Positions 61,150 to 64,000 of a stretch of DNA of 64,000 bases are shown here, piece after piece. The translations under genes were made by a program, and so were the position numbers. This DNA comes from Basidiobolus meristosporus CBS 931.73 (Eukaryota; Fungi; Basidiobolomycota). Numbering within the stretch: position 1 is the stretch's first letter; the number at the start of each line of letters is the position of its first letter. The DNA lies in the NCBI GenBank assembly GCA_002104905.1, contig MCFE01000407.1, positions 1 to 64,000 on the forward strand, in the 5' to 3' direction. A model generated the notes under the pieces. The model searched no databases and was not told the origin of the DNA. It saw only the letters and a list, made by a program, of their open reading frames with translations.

Positions 61150-63550
61150 ATGTCCTGGTCATCAGCCAGCACTGTAGGGTCTAGCACCTCATCTGCCAGT
61201 CTTTGCAATAAATCCTTACAATATTTAAGTGCATTTTTGTTGAGCACTGCTCTTGAGAAGTGCTGGAATCACTTGGTATGCCTATTAAAGATCCAAAACT
61301 CCACCTCAAGCATTGTGATAATCCTTGAGTTCTCAACATTGCTACTTTGTCTGTCAGTGGGATCCCTACTATGCCAATAATGGAGGATGTGAAGGCTGTG
61401 GTTGACAAATTGCCTTTCTCTGCAAATTCATCTACCTCACTAGAGTGTAGCTTAACAGGATGTGCTTCCAACTCTTGTGAAAACAGCTGTTTTCTTGTTT
61501 GTGATTCTTCTTGGCTATGATGGGATACCGTCTGTTCCAGGCTCACAGCATTAATTGGCAAGAACTGCAGCTTTTTTCTTAAGTTTTCCTGCCTCTGGCT
61601 TGAGTAGACTTTTTCCCTTTATCTTTCCTTTATCACTGTCAGATCTTTCACTGCTACTTTGACTGAGTGCTTTTTGTATTAAACTATATATTCTTGTTGA
61701 TAAATGCTGATCTGATGCATTTGTTTTGGCCTGCTTGTCCCTTGCTGGCAATCTGCAGGCAACTTGTTTCAAGCTCTCAGCCCATGCTGTGCTGGGCTCC
61801 TGTGGTAGCTGCTCATTTTTATCACTTCCAGGGCATTTATGCATCCTTGACCAATTGCATCTTCAGTAGAATTACACTATTTCTGGATAAATATTGCACT
61901 GGTGCATCTGTGTTAGCCTGCTTTTCCCATATTGGTACTCTTCCAACTACCTGTTGCCTCTTTGATGCTTGTTTGAAGCTTTTGCCCTGCTTGTGATGAG
62001 CTCTTGAGGAAGCCCCTGGTTTTTAGCCATTTCTCCCTTGTTCTTCTGCTTTTGATAATTTCTGCAATTCTTAAGATACTTTCTTGGTATACCAATGCTG
62101 GCCCAAAAACCATTTGCTTGTTTGAGCCCAGGGTAATGCTCATTGAGCAAGTCAAGTGCATTCATATTGACCTTGAGTTCCTGATGGTCCCATTGTATGC
62201 CAGCCTTAATGTGTTGGCATGCTAGACTTCTGACAGCCTCTTGAATATTAGCATACTCTTCATTATCAACCCTACCAACAGTACCTTGCATGAGCCCAGC
62301 AAAATCCCAATATTGAATGAGACTATGCCCATGGAAAAAAATGCCAAGAAAACCTTAAGCAAATAAGTGAGCCAAGTATTTCATCTACTGGTGAGTGATG
62401 TTATGTTGTGGCTAGGGAAGTGGCTCATTTCCACTAATATTAGTAATGGGGGCTTTGAGAATATACTACTACTTCTTGCTAATATCATCCCAGGATGCCA
62501 CTTTCCATATACAGTGTATAAATGGAAAACCATCATGTGGCTGGCAAAATATGACCCAGAGATGATCCTGATACCAGCATGTGTTAGCAGTTGCATGGTG
62601 CTCACATCAGAAAATGCCACCATTGCAAGGTGTCCAACTCAACAGGTATCCACCACCATTGGGGGTAAACATTGTTCACACTCCAGACATATTCCAGTTA
62701 TGCCCCATATAAAGAAGCTCATGCAGTCCAACAAACATTGTGATGCTATAAAGTACCGCACTCAGTGTCAATCAAGCATAAAGGTATCCAATATATTTTA
62801 TGGTAAACATTGCAAGCAGCTAAGAAGCAAGGGCTACTTTGAAGGTATGTATAATAATGTCTTTGCCTTGGCACTTGATGGATTCTCATTAGACAAGTAT
62901 TCTACTAGCAAATCCTACTGGCAACTGATTCTCATGAACCTGAATCTGCAGCCTATCTTACAATATCAGAGCCAAAATCTGATGTTAGTCTCACCAGTAT
63001 CTGTACCTAAATCACCATGCAACCTGGATAGCTACTTATACTCATTGCTGGATGTATTTTGTATGCTTTCCAACAGGATAACAGTATATGCCATCATGTA
63101 AAAGCTCATATTATTATCTGCATTGGAAATACCCCAGCCATCAGCACAGAGCTGGATTTTCTGGGCACAATGGATGGCATTGCAGTCAAATATGTGGGAT
63201 CCAGTAGGCTTACTCCACAGCTCACGTGCATTATTATTTCCCTAACACCAAAACTTAAAACATCATCTGTCCACAGAGAGAATGTACAGAAGTCAGCATG
63301 CAATTGCAGCAAATTTGGCAAGCTCTAAGCCATTGGCCAGAATATGGAATCAATTAGAAACCAGAGATACTCAAGATAGAGGGTATCTGTTGGAGCAAAA
63401 GTTTTTCACTGAGAGCAATGCATTTGCTGCTCATCAATATTACTATACTGATGACCTATTTGCACATGGGACATTTCAAGATAAATGAGCCCTTTGAGAT
63501 ACTGGAGAAATCTGAAAGAATTGGCAATATATTACAGAGTATCCACTACC
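61150..63550. mobile_element. CACTA/CMC-type element remnant: accessory ORF on minus (~61550-62290), Tnp2-like transposase on plus (62367-~63550)
   Basis: ACVSSCMVLTSENATIARCP (Cys cluster), VFALALDGFS..SYWQLILMNLNLQP..SVPKSPCNLDSYL, VKAHIIICIGNTPAIS. Confidence 0.75.
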
Positions 63551-63558
63551 CTCAGCAC

Positions 63559-64000
63559 TGTTGTAAAAGTTTGTAATTCCACCTACAAATTCACCTAACT
63601 TAGTCACTTAGATCATTACCTTCAAATCCTAGAGAACACTGACCAGATTCCTTCTCAGGATTTACTTAGAATACTCTCACCAAAGTACCAGGTACCAAGA
63701 ACATGAAAATTCACAAAGTTGTCCAAACAGCCCCAAACTTTGCACACATGTTCTTGGGACCTTCCTTAACCTATTCTACATGTTACCTATGCCAAGACCA
63801 TGTAAAAGTATAAATACTACCTTTACATTCAATAAATCATTAAGTGAAAAGCACATAATCTACTTGTCCTCCCAATCACTTCCAATATCTCCAAGACTCT
63901 TACAACGGGTTATGAGCCCCAAGCTGTCACTCTCTGAAATGTCTACTACTGCTATTACTGGAATTTCTCCCTCTGCTGAAAATTTGGACAGATCTAACTA
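63559..64000 (+). mobile_element. 5' LTR (63559-63907) and PBS of another Copia (family 2), continuing beyond the window
   Basis: Homologous to LTR 32153-32825 minus the MITE; followed by GGTTATGAGCCC at 63908-63919. Confidence 0.88.

Noticed and set aside
22400-64000. Classical RIP as the cause of TE decay
   Set aside because: The clearest signal is CpG loss, and the young Ty3 is unmutated despite relatives nearby; a CpA-to-TpA bias cannot be established without computing substitution spectra.

Overview
Eukaryotic (fungal) genomic DNA in two sharply different compartments. No CRISPR array, rRNA or tRNA gene was recognised. (1) 1-~22,400 is a CpG-rich gene island with short GT-AG introns and six genes: a Rim4-like triple-RRM protein (runs off the left edge); Mediator subunit MED12/SRB8 (~24 introns); an intronless class II fructose-bisphosphate aldolase; a 1053-aa protein joining a Gds1-type winged helix to two APSES/KilA-N domains; a secreted, probably GPI-anchored plant-type LRR protein with one repeat per 72-nt exon; and a bZIP factor preceded by a uORF. 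A decayed DIRS-like RT relic lies between the first two genes. (2) ~22,400-64,000 is an almost CpG-free nest of transposons. It holds two Ty1/Copia families, CACTA/CMC-type Tnp2 remnants with a matching ~320-bp CCCTA-ended MITE, a 733-bp foldback element, decayed Ty3 and DIRS pieces, and one intact single-ORF Ty3/Gypsy element with identical LTRs inserted into an older Copia. Gene content and intron style suggest an early-diverging fungus (Zoopagomycota/Mucoromycota-like), which is inference only. All assignments come from motif recognition and hand alignment, with no database searches; coordinates of decayed elements are approximate.
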